Shown here: piece by piece, positions 63,000-64,000 of the stretch | Layout: the number at the start of each line of letters is the position of its first letter | How positions within the stretch are numbered: position 1 is the first letter of the stretch | Assembly: GCA_965217115.1 (NCBI GenBank) | Contig: OZ244239.1 | Span: 1,856,001 to 1,920,000, forward strand | Reading direction: 5' to 3' | Origin: Bdellovibrionales bacterium | GTDB taxonomy: Bacteria; Bdellovibrionota; Bdellovibrionia; Bdellovibrionales; CAYMLA01 | Length of the DNA: 64,000 nt | The notes under the pieces: generated by a model | Seen by the model: the letters and a program-made list of their open reading frames with translations, nothing else | Databases searched by the model: none | Told to the model about the DNA's origin: nothing | Made by a program: the position numbers and the translations under genes

Positions 63000-64000
63000 A
63001 TGAGACGTTTATTTATTAAAAAATTATGTTTGTTTATATGTTCAAGTGTCCTATTTTTTCAATCTAGTGCAAAGTCATTGGATAAAAACAAACCTTCTTT
63101 GAACTGCCATTTGGTTTCAGCGATTGAGCAAGGGTATTTACGTCAACACATTATTCATTCATCTATGACAAAAGAAATAAAAAATCGAGCGATACATCAG
63201 TACATTAAACGCTTGGACCCTGCAAAAATTTATTTTGACCAGAAAGATATCAAAACGATCAATGTTTTAATGAATGATTTCTACAAGGTTAGTTCTGGTA
63301 AGAATTGTAATCAGTATGTTGAAAATTGCTCCGATTCAGTGAGAACTTGTGTAGCTCGAAAACAGGCTTGTTTAAGGCCTTTACGCCGCTGCCATGCACT
63401 GGGGAAGATACAAGATATTTATCTCTCTCGTGTTAAGAAGAGAGTTAAAAATGCTAAAATGGTTTTAAATAAGAAGTTTAAGATTAACAAGAAAACATCT
63501 ATACAACTGTCTTCAGATAAAAGGGGATATCCTAAAACTCAAAAAGACGCCGATAGGTTTCAGAATAAATATCTACAGTTTCAAGTCGCTAATTTTGTAG
63601 CTATAGGTAAGAAACTTGAAGAGGCCAAGGAAATGGTTATACGCAGTTACGAGAGAAACTTACGCCGTTTAAAGGACATAAAGACAAATGATATTTTAGC
63701 GTCATATTTGGATGCCTATGCGATGGCATTGGACCCCCATTCACGATTTTTTTCTAGTGATGCTCTAGAGGATTTTGAGATCAGTATGAAACTGTCGTTG
63801 CAAGGTATTGGTGCGACATTGAGTTCCCAAGATGGGTTTACTGTGATTGAACAGCTGATTACGGGGGGGGCGGCTTATAGGAGTGGTCGCTTGCGTGAAA
63901 AGGATAGGATTGTATCTGTAGGGCAGGGTCGATCTGGAAAAATGAAAAATGTGATTGAGATGGATCTACGAGATGTCGTGCGTAAGATTCGCGGTAAAAA
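63000..64000 (+). CDS. prc: tail-specific (S41) carboxy-terminal protease, 3'-truncated by window
   Basis: Manual translation: signal peptide, KRLDPAKIYF, ALDPHSRFFS, LSLQGIGATL, PDZ-like GGAAYRSG...DVVRKIRGK. Confidence 0.88.
   Translation, partial: MRRLFIKKLCLFICSSVLFFQSSAKSLDKNKPSLNCHLVSAIEQGYLRQHIIHSSMTKEIKNRAIHQYIKRLDPAKIYFDQKDIKTINVLMNDFYKVSSGKNCNQYVENCSDSVRTCVARKQACLRPLRRCHALGKIQDIYLSRVKKRVKNAKMVLNKKFKINKKTSIQLSSDKRGYPKTQKDADRFQNKYLQFQVANFVAIGKKLEEAKEMVIRSYERNLRRLKDIKTNDILASYLDAYAMALDPHSRFFSSDALEDFEISMKLSLQGIGATLSSQDGFTVIEQLITGGAAYRSGRLREKDRIVSVGQGRSGKMKNVIEMDLRDVVRKIRGK

Overview
Bacterial chromosomal window. Gene content and the many secreted hypothetical proteins suggest a Bdellovibrionota/Bdellovibrionales-like organism; this is inference, not checked against a database. 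(1) 1-11.2 kb: rplA(part)-rplJ-rplL-rpoB-rpoC-rpsL-rpsG, with fusA absent after rpsG. (2) 11.5-21.8 kb: an AT-rich, minus-strand defence island with a SNF2 helicase, type III R-M mod/res genes and a type VI-like retron. The retron comprises a structured RNA, an unannotated 48-aa cationic/hydrophobic ORF whose start codon is locked in a hairpin, an XRE-HTH gene and a retron RT. (3) 22-40 kb: an uncharacterised lipid/isoprenoid-type biosynthetic cluster (OleC-like ligase, UbiA-like protein, GNAT, MMPL, DUF3419/BtaA-like protein, HMG-CoA-reductase/kinase fusion, PEP-dependent phosphotransferase, FAAL-ACP, diiron oxygenase). (4) 40-52 kb: CpaF ATPase, eno, ftsB-like, an apparently foreign multidomain metalloprotease with its partner, and polA. 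(5) 52.6-57.8 kb: a repeat-delimited array of secreted-protein genes and gene relics, with covarying long palindromes. (6) 57.8-64 kb: fur (with a Fur box), uvrA, HD-GYP, a HAD-like protein and a partial prc. The best candidate for an exciting system is the retron locus at 12366-14045.
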